Shown piece by piece: positions 14,401 to 28,100 of a DNA stretch of 64,000 nucleotides. The DNA is from Ylistrum balloti. Lineage: Eukaryota. Positions within the stretch are counted from its first letter, which is position 1. Every line of letters starts with the position of its first letter. The position numbers and the translations under genes were made by a program. The notes below the pieces were generated by a model. It did not search any database and had not been told where the DNA came from. It was given only the letters and a program-made list of their open reading frames with translations. The DNA is taken from contig NW_026782141.1 in the NCBI RefSeq assembly GCF_031769215.1, positions 186,001-250,000 on the forward strand, written 5' to 3'.

Positions 14401-15233
14401 TTTGTCATATGTTCCAAAATTGTTGTCTGGTGTTCATGTATCTTTGAAGATGGTTTTGATTCGCATTAAGTCACGTTATCAATGCTCACTGTAAACTCTC
14501 GTCGTCCGTTGATAAACTGCTTTGACTCTACGCTCTGTTTGATAGTAAACAGCACTTCAAATGCATCAATCACATCTACAACCTTTTCCAGTAGAGTTGT
14601 TGATGCATCTCAAATATAGCAATTTAAAAAACAAACAAACAAAAAGTATCAATAATTTATATATGGTTTTAAATTATATACAAAGTTACGTAGTCAGTTT
14701 TTTTTTCATTGATTTGAAGTTCTACGGTCTCCTTTCTGGATATGGTGGGGGAATACATTGGTTGTCCCCTCAGCCTCCGAGTACCCATTTGTAGACAGTA
14801 ATCGTGAATTGTGGTGAATAAAAATGTTTAGTTAAATCACAAGATGATGTGTTGCTAAATCCTTCAATGTGAAGCCAAGATGAGATTTTAAGTCGAGATC
14901 TGACCCCAAAGAAGGTACACTTGTTGTACTGTATAACATAGTAATTATATTATGGGTTGACTGATTGGTCATTCTAACAATAAAGAAAAAATCAATATTA
15001 AAAGTTGTAAAACAAGGAAAAGAGCTTATCGGTCAATATTTTTTTTTCTTTTTTTCTTTTATTCTTTCAAAATTGGGTTACTTAAACCTGATTTTAAAAA
15101 GATCACTTAATGAGTTGTAATTACTCTCATAGATACAAGTTCTGTGTTCATCACAGTCATCCCATTTTCTTCACATTTTAAGTAAGGACATGTGTCTTTT
15201 TACTTCCCATTTACAGAAAGTGACAGCAGAAAT

Positions 15234-15261
15234 GGGGGGGGGGGGGGGGGGGGGGGGGGGG
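15234..15261. repeat. poly-G tract (28 G)
   Basis: Directly visible. Confidence 0.9.
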
Positions 15262-16389
15262 CGGCATTACGTCATCTTGTGTGCGTGTTGTTGCTCTGAC
15301 TCGTGCCCAAAAATCAACAACATTTATAGTTCAAAAATCGATAGACCTTGAAATATGTATATATATGCTGATCACAGATTTTCCTCTTTTATCCAGTAAT
15401 TTGTTCCTGATGCTGATGTAACTAGTATTTAGGTTTTGAAAATTTCCTGATTATATAGGAAAAATTTGTGTTGAAATATAATCAACATTTATATCTTAGT
15501 TTGCAGGTTTTTAACCAAAATCAACATATCACCTTCACAGGTACACGGAAATTATATAGTGCTGTAGAGTTCAAGGTGAGAATAATCAGTTATAGTAAGT
15601 CACGCTTCACTCGGTAAGTATTACATGATACTCATGAAATACTTACTGTATACTTCAAACCTCCGCAGTGTCCCGTCTCTCACGGCACACAAACGATCGT
15701 GAAATCTTACTTGATTCTTACGTTAAAAATCCATCAGTTGATAATGACAGACCACGAATTTAGGTATATTACTAAGCGAAGAGTTACGTGGTACCGAAAA
15801 GAACTCCCTCACACCGTATATGTCCCGTACGATTAATCACACAGAAAACAAGATTTGCTGCCTACATAAGGCAATTACGTCATCGATTTTTGTCTTTGTA
15901 TGGACTTTCCATCAAAGTTAAGTTGTTTGTGGTCTTAAACATAGATATTAGTCAACATGTCATAAGTAATTACCATAGATAAATTATACAATCATATACG
16001 GAGCATTTAGATCGGATAAATTAAAATTTGTGAAATCAGACTTTTCAGCAATTATGGGCATTATTTCTTCTTTTATGAGTCTTTATCATATTTTTTCACC
16101 TATTGTCAAACTCATATAACAATTTAAAATCGGTGAAAAAAAATCATCGAGTGCACTATCACTTTATGCTAACAGTGCTTACGAGTGAAATCTTATAGGG
16201 ATTACCTCCCCTACACATACCGCAAGTTGTATACATATTGCCAAAAAATGTTATTTTTTGACAGAATTTCACTAGGTAAGTCATATATAATTCTATAAGA
16301 ATTTAGGTAATACTATTTAATATGTTATACTCTTAATAAATTAAATAATATATTAATTTTAATTTAAAAAGCTCAATCTTTTAACAACC

Positions 16390-17401
16390 ATATGGAAATT
16401 ATAACGCACCAAATCGTGTCAGATATGATAAAGAATAAAACAGCTATCTTACCCATTGAAAGTAAGATCATACTTTTAGGGATCATTTCTATAGTATGCA
16501 TCGCCGGAATGTCAGGTAAAACTGACCAGACCGTAAACCACGATGACGAGACAGAGCGTCCCCTTCTGAGCGTGAAGCGGACAGGGGTTGTCTGTAGCAC
16601 CACGGACATTGCCCCACTGTCATTGATGACCGTTCCTCTCCTCCTTCGCGGGGGGCTGGAGGAAGGGGACGCATTCTGAGTGGTTCCAAATACAACAAAT
16701 CAGCGGAAATAAGGAAGAATAATTTTTTTAAGACAATTCCTGCTTCTATGTGTCACATATTCATGAAGATTACTTCATTTCTACATTTTAGAAGCACTAC
16801 CTCGTAGTTTCGCAGGGTCATGCGAGAAACACTATCCTAAAATACTTCAAATTTAATTCTAAAATATAATAGTTGCAGTTGCTTAAGTAAAAACTATAAA
16901 TCTGTAATTGCAGTGGCAAACAACAGGAGGCAATATTTTAGAACAGAGACTTCTATCGCTAATTAGAATTTACATGGAATAAAAAAAATATGTTTTGGGG
17001 AAATCACAGGGAAAAAATATTTCCGGACATTGTAGGCATTACATGGGAGCAAAAAGGCCGAAATAATTTCTGTTGAGGATAGATGATCTTGAAAATAAGA
17101 ATGGGATTTCATATAAAACATATCTTTAATTTTACATGCATAGTATGAATTGATTGCAATCTGTATTTTTTCTAATTCCTCCCTGTACTATACATCATAT
17201 ATTAATACATCTAAGAAAATCAGAATTGAAATGAGAGATTCAATTTTATTGTAAAATAATTAACAAATTAAAAAAAAAGGTTACAAAAAATTGGTGGGTA
17301 GGGAACATTTTTACATAATTAAGACCTAAACTTGATATGGGATTTTGAATAATGGTACATGTATTACCTTGGTGCAACATCTTATCCATGAACTTTACAT
17401 C
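16390..17401. repeat. ~1 kb direct repeat, copy A (X)
   Basis: Colinear with 19715-20695 from ATATGGAAATTATAACGCACC to GAACTTTACATC, with scattered substitutions and indels. Confidence 0.95.
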
Positions 17402-17661
17402 TCGAAGGAGAATGACCCTTATCTGGATGAACCTATTACAGAGCGTGAGGTAAGAAATATTTGTTGCAAATTAAATTTAAATAAAGCAGGATGGAACGAT
17501 TGTACGGTTTATGAGCATTTTAAATATGGAAATAGCTCGCTATATAGCCATCTGTGTAAACTGTAAAATTCTGTTATCAAAATTCAGTTGATTGGAAGAA
17601 GGGTGTTATAATAACTTTGTATAAGGGCAACGGTAAACCGAAGGAAGATCCAAACAGTTAT

Positions 17662-17707
<46 letters not shown>

Positions 17708-19714
17708 AATGTGACAATTTTACCAGTAATTTATAAAATCTTTGAAATGATTTTATCTAAGAGGTTGGACCCTGTCCTCAACTCTAGTAGATTTCCTAAT
17801 ATACAACAATATCAGAAAGGGTTATGTAGTCTATTAACGTCTTTTAATCTTCAAGAATGTATTAAGTATAACACAGAGAAAGGGGAAGATGTGCATGTTG
17901 GGTTCCTTGACAGCAATAAAGCTTTCGATACTGTATGGCACACTGGGCCACTTTTATAAACTACATGAACTAGGAATAAAGACAAAGTCATGGAGTATTA
18001 TGAAAAGTATGTATACTGGAGTAGTATCATATTTAATGGTTTGTTGTCGAGATGGGTAACTATGGAGCGTGGTATTTTACAGGGAAGTGCGCTCTCAGCA
18101 AAAAATATATCTGCTGTTCATAAATGGTTTATTGAATAGTATTGAAAATTGTGGCAAAGGCGCTATTGTAGCGGATTTAAAGTTGAATGTCCCGACACAA
18201 GCTGATGACATATGTATCATTAGTACAAAATATTCTGGTTTACAGTATATGCTTCAGATTTGTGAGGAATACAGTAGAAAGTGGAGATTTGTATTATCTT
18301 AATGTTAGAAAGAGCTCAGCATTTTATTCTTAAAGCGATTCAGGGTTTTGAAACTAAAACCCGTACAGACATGTCCACAAGCCTTCCTGGATGGACCATC
18401 ATTGAAGCGTATATAGATACTAAAAAACTATTATTTTTGGGACGGATATGTAGACTAGAAATGAAAACAATATCATCTCGAATATTTTTACAAGATTCTG
18501 TAATGCTGATATGGTATATAAGTTTAGTGCAGAAAAACATAACTTCGGTTTTGAAATAATCAGAATATTTAGAAAATATATGTTGTATGACCTTTTTACC
18601 GAGTCTTTAGATAGGTGCACTTTTCCGCCTAAATGTATGTGGAGTCTCATTGTTAGAAATGCTGTCCGTTCAGTTGAAGAATCGACGTGGCGGGAAAGAA
18701 TATCAGCCGATAGTGATTTTTCGAGATTTTCTCTTGTCCACAGATACTTAGTACCTCATGTATTATGGAAACTGGCAATTAGATATCCCGCTATAAGAGA
18801 ACCAATATATTATGTTATGAAGTTAATTGTTACTATAAGAGATTGTGAAGACGAGAAGAAGTTGTGTCAGAGTGTGGTTTAATGTATAACGATGTCGCTG
18901 TACATATAATCTTACAATGTGAATATACAGGGGAATTAAGAGACAAATTATGGTGTGATATAATTAATATCAAAGATATAATGTTTAGTGTACACTTACA
19001 TTCAATGTCAGATTACAAGCTTTTTCATATTCTTATGGGTGGAGATATTTCTTTCGAACTTGATCCATCTGATATAGATGATTTTTAGCAGTAACTTCCG
19101 TACACAAAATGTGTAAACATTATTACAAATAGTGATTCATTCATTAATTAATTACAAGAGACTGTAAGATAAAACAGGTATCGATGACATATCTTGTGTC
19201 ACGATTATTACGTACACTCATTTGTATAAAAAATAATTATCTAAATGACGAGATTTTTTTCCAAAGGGAGGTAACTCTGTGATACGTCAGTGATACTTTG
19301 TAGTGTAACACTCCTTATAACGTCGTAAGATAATTTTAACAATTTTGTGTTGTTAGTTCAGTATTATGATAACCAACGCGATAAAACTTGTATCAGTATA
19401 TTACTACATTGTCCTACTATAACACAATGTATTGATAATGTATTATGACTTCTACATTTACTCCCCAAAACTATTGATAAAGGGGAAATAACTTCATGTG
19501 TATGTTACGTCAGCAGTGATGTCTTGTTGTATAACACTCTATATAATGTCGCAAGGAAAATTGTACTATTATTTCACTATTTTGATTTGTACAATTGTAT
19601 TCTACTAAACATTGTGGTTATTGTGCCCCGCTCCTATCTAACGTCTGTTCTATATATGTATTATTCTGGTTTTGTAAATCTTCAAAATTGGAGGAAATAA
19701 AGAGAATAATAAGA
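17402..19714 (+). mobile_element. 5'-truncated, decayed LINE (reverse transcriptase + C-terminal Zn motif + 3' UTR)
   Basis: Fragments: WKKGVIITLYKG..KEDPNSYRG, FLDSNKAFDTVWH, RGILQGSALS..YLLFIN, PTQADDICI (YADD variant), later HIILQC. Ends in AATAAAGAGAATAATAAG. Several frameshifts and stops. Confidence 0.92.
17663..17705. repeat. poly-G tract (43 G) within the LINE RT
   Basis: Directly visible; interrupts the SYRG-(IT) motif. Confidence 0.9.
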
Positions 19715-20695
19715 ATATGGAAATTATAACGCACCAAATCGTGTCAGATATGATAAAGAATAAGAACAGCTAGCTTACCCATCGAAAGTAAGATCATACT
19801 TTTAGGGATCATTTCTATAGTATGCATCGCCGGAATGTCAGGTAAAACTGACCAGACCGTAAACCACGATGACGAGTCAGAGCGTCCCCTTCTGAGCGTG
19901 AAGCGGACAGGGGTTGTCTGTAGCACCACGGACATTGCCCAGCTGTCATTGATGACCGTTCATCTCCTCCTTCGCGGGGGTTGGAGGAAGGGGACGCATT
20001 CTGAGTGGTTCCAACTACAACAAAACCTTGAAAATAAGGAAGAATATTTTTTTAAAGACCTTTCCGGCTTCTATATGTCATATATTCATGAAGTTTACTT
20101 CATTTCTACATTTTAGAAGCACTACCTGGTAGTACCGCAGGGTCATCCGAGAAACACAAATATAATAGTTGGAGTTGCTTAAGTAAAAACTATAAATCTG
20201 TAATTTCAGTGGCAAACAACAGGAGGCGATATTTTAGAACAGAGTTATATCGCTAATTAGGATATACATGGAATAAAAAAAATATGTTTTGGGGAAATCA
20301 CAGGGAAAAAATATTTCCGGGCATTGTAGGCATTACATAAGAGCAAGAAGGCCGAAAAATATCGGTTGAGTATAGATGATCTTGAAAATAAGAATGGAAT
20401 TTCATATAAAACATATCTCTAATTTTACATGCATAGCATGAATTAATTGCAATCTGTATTTTTCTAATTCCTCCCTGATACTAAACATCATATATTATTA
20501 CATCTAACAAAATCAGACTTGAAATGACAGATTCCATTTTATTTTAAAATAATTAAAAAAAAAAAAATAACAAAAAACAAAAAATGGGTGGGTAGGGGAT
20601 ATTTTTACATAATTAAGACCAAAACTTGATATGGGATTTTGAATAATGTTACATGTATTAGCTTGGTGCAACATCTTGTCCATGAACTTTACATC
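19715..20695. repeat. ~1 kb direct repeat, copy B (X')
   Basis: Diverged copy of 16390-17401. Confidence 0.95.
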
Positions 20696-21880
20696 GACAC
20701 CATTGTAGTGGGGTTTCGCGCTTTTGTAATCTTCAAGTGGACGTTTCAGCCTGTGATTGGTAATTTTTTTGTTGAACCAATCAAAATACTGTGCTTGTGC
20801 CTTCAGTTTTGTCATGACATGTCCCAGGGCGAAGAGAGTGAAAATGATCGTAACTCCTGGAGTATCGAGAATGGATTGAATGTTACCATCACTTTAATCC
20901 CTGATAAACAAGCTTATAAAATCTTTCAACGTATTTGTTTGTCTTTTGATAATCATATTAAAAATTCCTTGATGTGTACTTTGAGTTTGTGATTTGAATT
21001 AACATATTCTTACAAATATGCATTATAATTTTCCTCACTTCATGATCGAAGGTATTCACATGTACATACATCCTTGTTTTCAAAATTCTTTAACCAGGTC
21101 AGGTGTAATTGTGTATCAATATTGAGGAATAGCAAGAAAGGTGGGATTTTCTCAGCCACTGTTATCAATTTTTTTTATTTCAAGTTGTGATGCTCTTCAT
21201 TTTGATAATCATATGACTATTCAAAATATTACCCAGTGTTGTCAAGCCCAGAAAATGTATAACAGCCAAACACATATCAGAATTTGTACCAGCGAAACTG
21301 TAGGTAGAGATATTGCATTCACTTCTCCATGTACCTCCCGATGGGCCTTAAATCAACTTAAAATCCTACACAACAAAGATCTTAACCTTGTTGCAGTATT
21401 GTGAATTAGCAGGCAATTCCACAGTGTTGTGCGAATATTTGAAAGTTAAACCTCCAACAAATGGGTCTTTCAATGGATGTTGTGACCAATATCCCAGATA
21501 GACATCAACTGAAGTGACAACTAAATCTTTATTTGATCTTGGTATATCAAGGTAGATAACCATCCTCACCTCCTACTCAGCACATCATTGGTTTGTACCT
21601 AAATGTTTGGTCTCCATGATGATAGCCAGTTTCTCTAAGTTTTCTGACAAGGTTTGGAACTTTTCAATAAGGTATTCAGTACTTTCAGCCATCTTTTTTT
21701 TTATTTAGACTACATAGAAAATTTGAGAAATATCCATTGATGGCTTCTTCTGAAATACAATAACAAGCTATTTCTATCAAAATCCTAGCTGTCCACCAGT
21801 CAGCATGACAATTTCTCAGATCAGTTCAAAAATCAGATATTACACAACTAGGGACCAACATGAATCTATGTATATGTATG

Positions 21881-23271
21881 AACAAAAGGCCTAGCAGCCT
21901 TGATGGCCTGAAATAAGCAATATTGGATATAAGAATTAATGGGAAAGTAGCTTTTAAGTGTCATGAAAATGAATTTGTGATATAAGCCAATGTCAATACA
22001 TGCATACCATCAGAACTGTCAACCTATACTATTAATCTTATAAAGTTATTTCTAGTGGGAAATAAACAATGTTATGTTCAGAAATGCAATTTTTCTATAA
22101 AAATTATAGTAAAGTTAACCTTCTCTCCAGGAAGAAATGTGAGTCATTTTGGTTATTAAAGCCTTGTAGACACTTCCATCCTAGATAAGCATTTAATTTG
22201 ACAATATCCGAGTGTTCTGAAATTATTTTTTGTAGTCTTTTTTTTTCAAACTTTTTTTATACATTTATTATACATATAAAGAAAAAGATTTTTGAAATTG
22301 AAGTCAATTTGACCCATACTAGCCCTGCCTAAGAGCCCTCAGGGTCAGTCAAGATTAATCTATTCATACCATCAAGTTATCATCCTTCATTCATAATTCT
22401 AACCAAATTTGAAATATTTCCAATGGATATTCAACAAATTATACTCAACAATCTATTTTTTCCAATATAAATTATAGTAAACTTTGACCTCTTCCCACAG
22501 GAAAAAGTGAGACCCTTGGGCCATGAAATTCACAATTTTTGTAAACAACCTTATGACGCTTCCATCCATGAAGAGCATTTGATACTTCCTTATCTGGGTG
22601 TTGAGCAGAAGATTTTTCAAATTTGAGAAAATTTGACCCTTTTGGCTTTGCCCCTCTGGCACTCCCATGTGCTGGGGACCATATAATTCACTATTTTGTT
22701 TCATCTTAGACCAAAGAAGTTTTTGTGAAAAATTCATTTAAATCAGTTCAGGAGTTTTGGAAAAGAAGTCCAAAATGAAAAGAATCATTACTGTTAAAAT
22801 CCAAGACGACCACTTGTCAACCATTTGATTCTTCTGGTAAGTTCTACAATGAGACAATGCACACTTAAGGACAAAAGGGCATCTGCAACTGAATTCAAAA
22901 ATGACCAATACAGGACTTACGAAGAAATAAGAGTTGACAAGAATTGTTTGAAAAAAGGAATAGGGGTTTAAAGAATTTGCTCCATTTTCCCATTTGGCCC
23001 TGCCTCTCCTGCCCCCCAGGGGCTGAGACCCATTGTTTATATGAAATTTACCCCCCCTCCCACCCCCACCACACTTCCACTTACCCACAATTTTTTAGAC
23101 CAAATTTAGACAAAAATCAATCAATCCTACAGGTGGATTGAGATTTTAAAGAATCTGTTCAATTTCCCTTATGGGGGGGTGGTTTGTTATCTCAGGGGGC
23201 CGAGACCCCATCATTTATTCCAAATTGATGCCAAAAGATTACTTGGCCCTTTGGGCTAGGTGAGCTAAAAA
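21881..23271 (+). mobile_element. Non-autonomous Helentron/HINE-type element with degenerate internal satellite units
   Basis: Starts AACAAAAGGCC. Ends with a GGCCC-TTT-GGGCT hairpin then AGGTGAGCTAAAA. Internal GAGCAGAAGATTTTT..GACCC..CCCC units resemble the abundant oyster HINE/satellite repeats (from memory). Confidence 0.7.
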
Positions 23272-25104
23272 CTGTAAACAGATGCATTGGCTATGCAAAT
23301 CAGGGACAAGTAACAAACAGTTTTGTTGTATGCAAATATATAGAGGACCAGGCAACATCTATGTGAAAAATTAAAACTGTTTAATAGTTGACATGTTTCG
23401 GCATACTAGGTATGCTGTCCTTGTTTTCATGACAGCATGCCTAGTATGCAGAAACATGTCAACATTTAACCAGATTTATTTCTTCCTGCGGATGTTGTCT
23501 GGTCCTCTATACTTGCTGTTTACACATCTTTTAACCAGACTCCTGTATTCCACTAAGTATCCATCCTTCCAGACCGCATGTTGCATCTCATTTTCTTTGA
23601 ATTTTGTTATACATTCCTGTGCAAGAGCACAGTAAAACTGACCCCTCTCCAAACTTGATTTATCACAAGTTACTAGGAAAACCTATAACATTGCACAAAA
23701 ATGTCACATGTCAGAATTCAAAGGGCTTAAAAAATCATAAAATGTATGATCAGAAATTATCAATCAAAGAAATCAAATTTGAAATCAGTTTAACAGCATT
23801 TTGAAATATCTGCCTGAAAAGCTGTGAAAGGAGTTGTAGAGAGCAGTGCGAGTAACATAAACAATTTAGAAAACAAAACAAAACATCATAACTTTTATTC
23901 CATTTGCATCCAAAATCTTTCAACCATAAAATACATTTATATAAAGTTTCATATCAAACATACACATTTACCTGAAATACAATTTACAAATGACCTCCCA
24001 TTGTGTGTAAAAGGAGATGAAAATGTACAATGAGAATATAATTGCATGTGTATCACTGTGGAATGTGATGCAATTATAATTAAAACATGAAAAATTATCT
24101 GTCAAAGGACTGACATGAATATGAAATATGCTGACCATATGTAATATATATGAGATTTTTGTTTTGTGTAGAAAATGTTCAGCTGTTAAAACACAACCAA
24201 TTTAGTCTTTTTATGCCAGCGTATCTTCTTAAAACACATTTTCATGGTCAAATTCATCCAGCTTGGTCATGTGCAGGTGTAATATACCAGGAGTTTATCA
24301 TCCAATCTAGCTCAAATAATCCAATTTCCTGTGAAAATGAAAAAAAATTATGCTCAAGTACATGTATATTACATCAAACTTGATCATGTTTTATGAAACA
24401 CAAGAATTTTTAGAATTAATCGGTCTCTCTTTCATAAGAAATATCCTCAAACCATCCCCATTAACTCAATGTGAAAGTAAATCATTTATTTATGTTGTGT
24501 ATCTTGTTGTTTGCAGTTGTACAGCCAAATAAAAAACAAAGGTCATAGGAAATGGTGTGTGTAGGTGACAGAACCACTCCAGATCATTTTATTAATGCAA
24601 TTACACTTAAACATTGTAATGCAAACTCATTAATGCTGAATGTTTATTTAAGATGCTTAAAAGATCAGCATAAATATTATTGAAGGAATTTCACCAAAAT
24701 ATTCAATAAGATAATTTTCAACCAAAAATTTGGATAAAAAACTCAACATCTCTATTTTGTTCCTAATTTGAGTTATAAACCCCACAATTTTATAACACCA
24801 ACAATGTAACTTTGTCACAAATTCTGAAAATGACATGTTTCCAGAGCAAAAAACACCTGCCTCACTTGACAAACATTTGCTGGCTGAGAGTAAAATCCAA
24901 TTTTATACCAAAGTTCATTGTTTAATCACACTGTGCACAAATTCCAGGTAAATACAAACATTTATAAAGCTTTTGTTATTCTTAAATTTATCAAATTTAA
25001 TATACCGGTACTCTGTCACTCAAAAAATTTGACTGATATAATACAAAGATCATCATGCAAATATCATAGTAAGATATCTGAAATAGATACAATCACCATT
25101 TCAC

Positions 25105-28100
25105 TCACTGCTGATCTGGTTTTGGTCGTATACGTCCTGCTACAATCTTTCCATAGCCTCCTCGTCCTTCATCAAAATCTGTTCTGTATTCATCTCGCAC
25201 CTGTCAAAAAATATACCCCAGTGAATAAATATGACATCTCAAACTTGATCTGACCTGAAGCATACAGCAATTCACCCTATTGGACCTATACAACAATGTC
25301 AAAAAATTGCACATGAGATATGACAATGGCTTGACCCAAGCATATTCCAGATCAAAACTTGCTGAATACGGATGATGTATTTTAATAGAATAAAAACTTT
25401 ATATACTATCAGTTATATATACTCAATGCCGACCCCCTCAGTCTCACAGCGGTAACATGTCCCCTGTTTAGAGTTGAGTTTACAGTAGACCCTCTCACCT
25501 ACCTGCCGTTCACTCTTTCCTCTTCCAAACTGTTGACCCTGTTACCTTCCTGTCCTCCATTCTTACCTTTACTATAATGTTGACCCTCTTATCTACCTGT
25601 CCTTCACTCTTTCCTCTTCTATAAAGTCAACCATCTGACCTACCTGTTCTCAATTCTTTCCTCTACCATACTGTTCCCTCTTACTTACCTGTTCTCAATT
25701 CTTTCCTCTACCATACTGTTCCCTCTTACTTACCTGTTCTCAATTCTTTCCTCTACAATACTGTTCCCTCTTACTTACCTGTTCTCAATTCTTTCCTCTA
25801 CCATACTGTTCCCTCTTACTTACCTGTCCTCCACTCTTTCCTCTTCCATACTGTCGACCCTCTTTGAAACCTGCATCCCAATCAGTTCTCACAATGCGGT
25901 CATCAAGCCGTGTTCCATTGATATACCTCAAAGCATTAGCAGCATCTTCACGCAAGTAATATCTTGTAGTTGGTTAAGGAATGCAATATGACAAACTATA
26001 AGAATGTATGCTCAAGACTTCTTTTCATAGTTTATTCAGAGGGTTGGAAGCAAATGATAACAAGCCATCGCATATGAAATTCTACATTGATGTAAGTGTA
26101 GAAAGGACATAGTCATTGGACCTACTGCCAAGGGAGCCCAGTCATGGTCATGATATCTCACAAAGTTTATTTAAAAGTATGTCTAGAATTAAAAGGCTGA
26201 AACTGAAGTGGAGATTGATGTGTTATTTATGAAGTTATTTGAAACTGCTGAGGAGAAAAAGGTTCCAGAAATAATGGAATCAATTAATTTGATTCCAATG
26301 TAACAAAGAATTGTCAAAAGTGAAAACTCCTCTACAGCAAAAGGAAATACAAGACCACTTGAATATGTAAGAATTTTAGTGGAATCATTTGTAAGAGTAA
26401 ATGCTCTGGAGATGCTTTAATCAATGATTCTGATTATTTGTTATGTTGGTACCCAAAGAAATATTCAAACTAGGAACCCTTTCATGCTGAAACCAGTAAT
26501 TTGGATTATTTGTTTCAATAGTAACCATCAAAATGCTGAAACTGAAATTTCCTTTACAGCAAAATAGCAAACAGCACTAATAAACTACTTAAGTGATATG
26601 CGGAGAAAGTCTGGTGAGATTATCTTGAACACTTTTCAAGATATGCTCTGAAAAATCCCTAGGAGGGACAAAGAGTCAAATGAAACCCATCTGTACAATA
26701 ATCTTTGTTGGTTGTGGGATAGTATAGATGTTTTGGTTGTGAAGTTTCATCAAAATTTCATAAAGAATGAATCCAATAGAGTTCTGACAAGGATGGTCTT
26801 AAAAAATGTGACGGTGGCTTTTACCTTGACGCTACAACCCTTGAACTCCTGAAATTTGAATTTGTACAAAATTCTATAGTCATTTATAAGTGTGAGATGT
26901 TTGATCATACCTCAACCCACCCTTAGAATGAAGTCGCTATAGCACTGACAATGATAAAAGTTATGTTACATACAGGAACATTCTAGGACACAAGCTCTTA
27001 CAAAACAACATTGAGTTTCCTATGTCTTTCAATCTCATCATATATTATCCAAATTGTTCAAGTCTTGACATTCAGGCTTGGTGAGATTACAAATTTTAAA
27101 TTACAGGAATTACTTATTCTGGCTTATCTTTCACATATTGCATGTAAGCAAAAACTTGGGCATTATTTCTTGTGACCAAAACACCTAAACTGATCTGTGG
27201 ATAGAATTTCAAGGCACAAAAATGAAAATTTAAGATATCCTGTTCAGAACCAGTTCAAATCTTTGACAATATAAACAATATAGTGAGTATATATGTTAAA
27301 AGGTTACTCTAAAAAGCAGAATCCACATGGAGTTTTCTGAACTTTATCAAGACCCATAATTATCCTCTTGACATCTCCACATTTAGAGAAAAGTTCATGT
27401 ATCTGTTCCTCTGTTGTATAAAATGAAAGATTGCCAACATAAAGTGTGGAGCTCTGCAACAGTAGTCTCTCCTGCTCTACTCGATTTCCCTGAAATTTAA
27501 AACAAGTATAATTTTTCAGTATTAGTAATGGCTAACAACCCCCTCCTCTCCCCTAATCCCTATTCACAAATGAGGTAATGGCTAAAACCCCCTCTCATTA
27601 CTAAAAGATCCATATAGTTGGTCTTCAGAATTTGAGTAAAATCGCAGGAACACCACGAGTTCAGGACTAATATCAGAGTCCTCCAAATCAATTTCTTAAG
27701 TGGTAAAGTAAAGGTATGTGTATTGATCCATGGATAGCAGTAAAGAGTCTTTCTATTCATAAGATAATGGCAGAGTTTTCTTGAACATGATGTATCATTA
27801 AGTACTTTAGATAACTATGAGCTAAAAAATCGCATGTGAATGATATTTTTATCATAACTGAATTAAAATTTACTTCTCAAGACTAAGCGTAAGACACCAT
27901 ATAAAATCATCAAATACAGACCTCCACTAGAGTTGATTAAAATAATTAAAAATGAAAATAGGTCATTCATGATAAATGATTGGTATATTTCATGTTACCT
28001 TTATTTCAGCAGAATCAAATAACAGCTACCTCAGTACCGGTATTTCAGGTGGGGTGGATCAATGATCACTGCTGATTTAGTTATTGTTTTAGGCAGACCT

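Noticed and set aside
16453-16675. AG/GT-bounded open exon-like GC-rich segment within repeat X (minus strand)
   Set aside because: No recognisable protein, and copy X' carries a 1-nt frameshift; kept only as part of the duplication finding.
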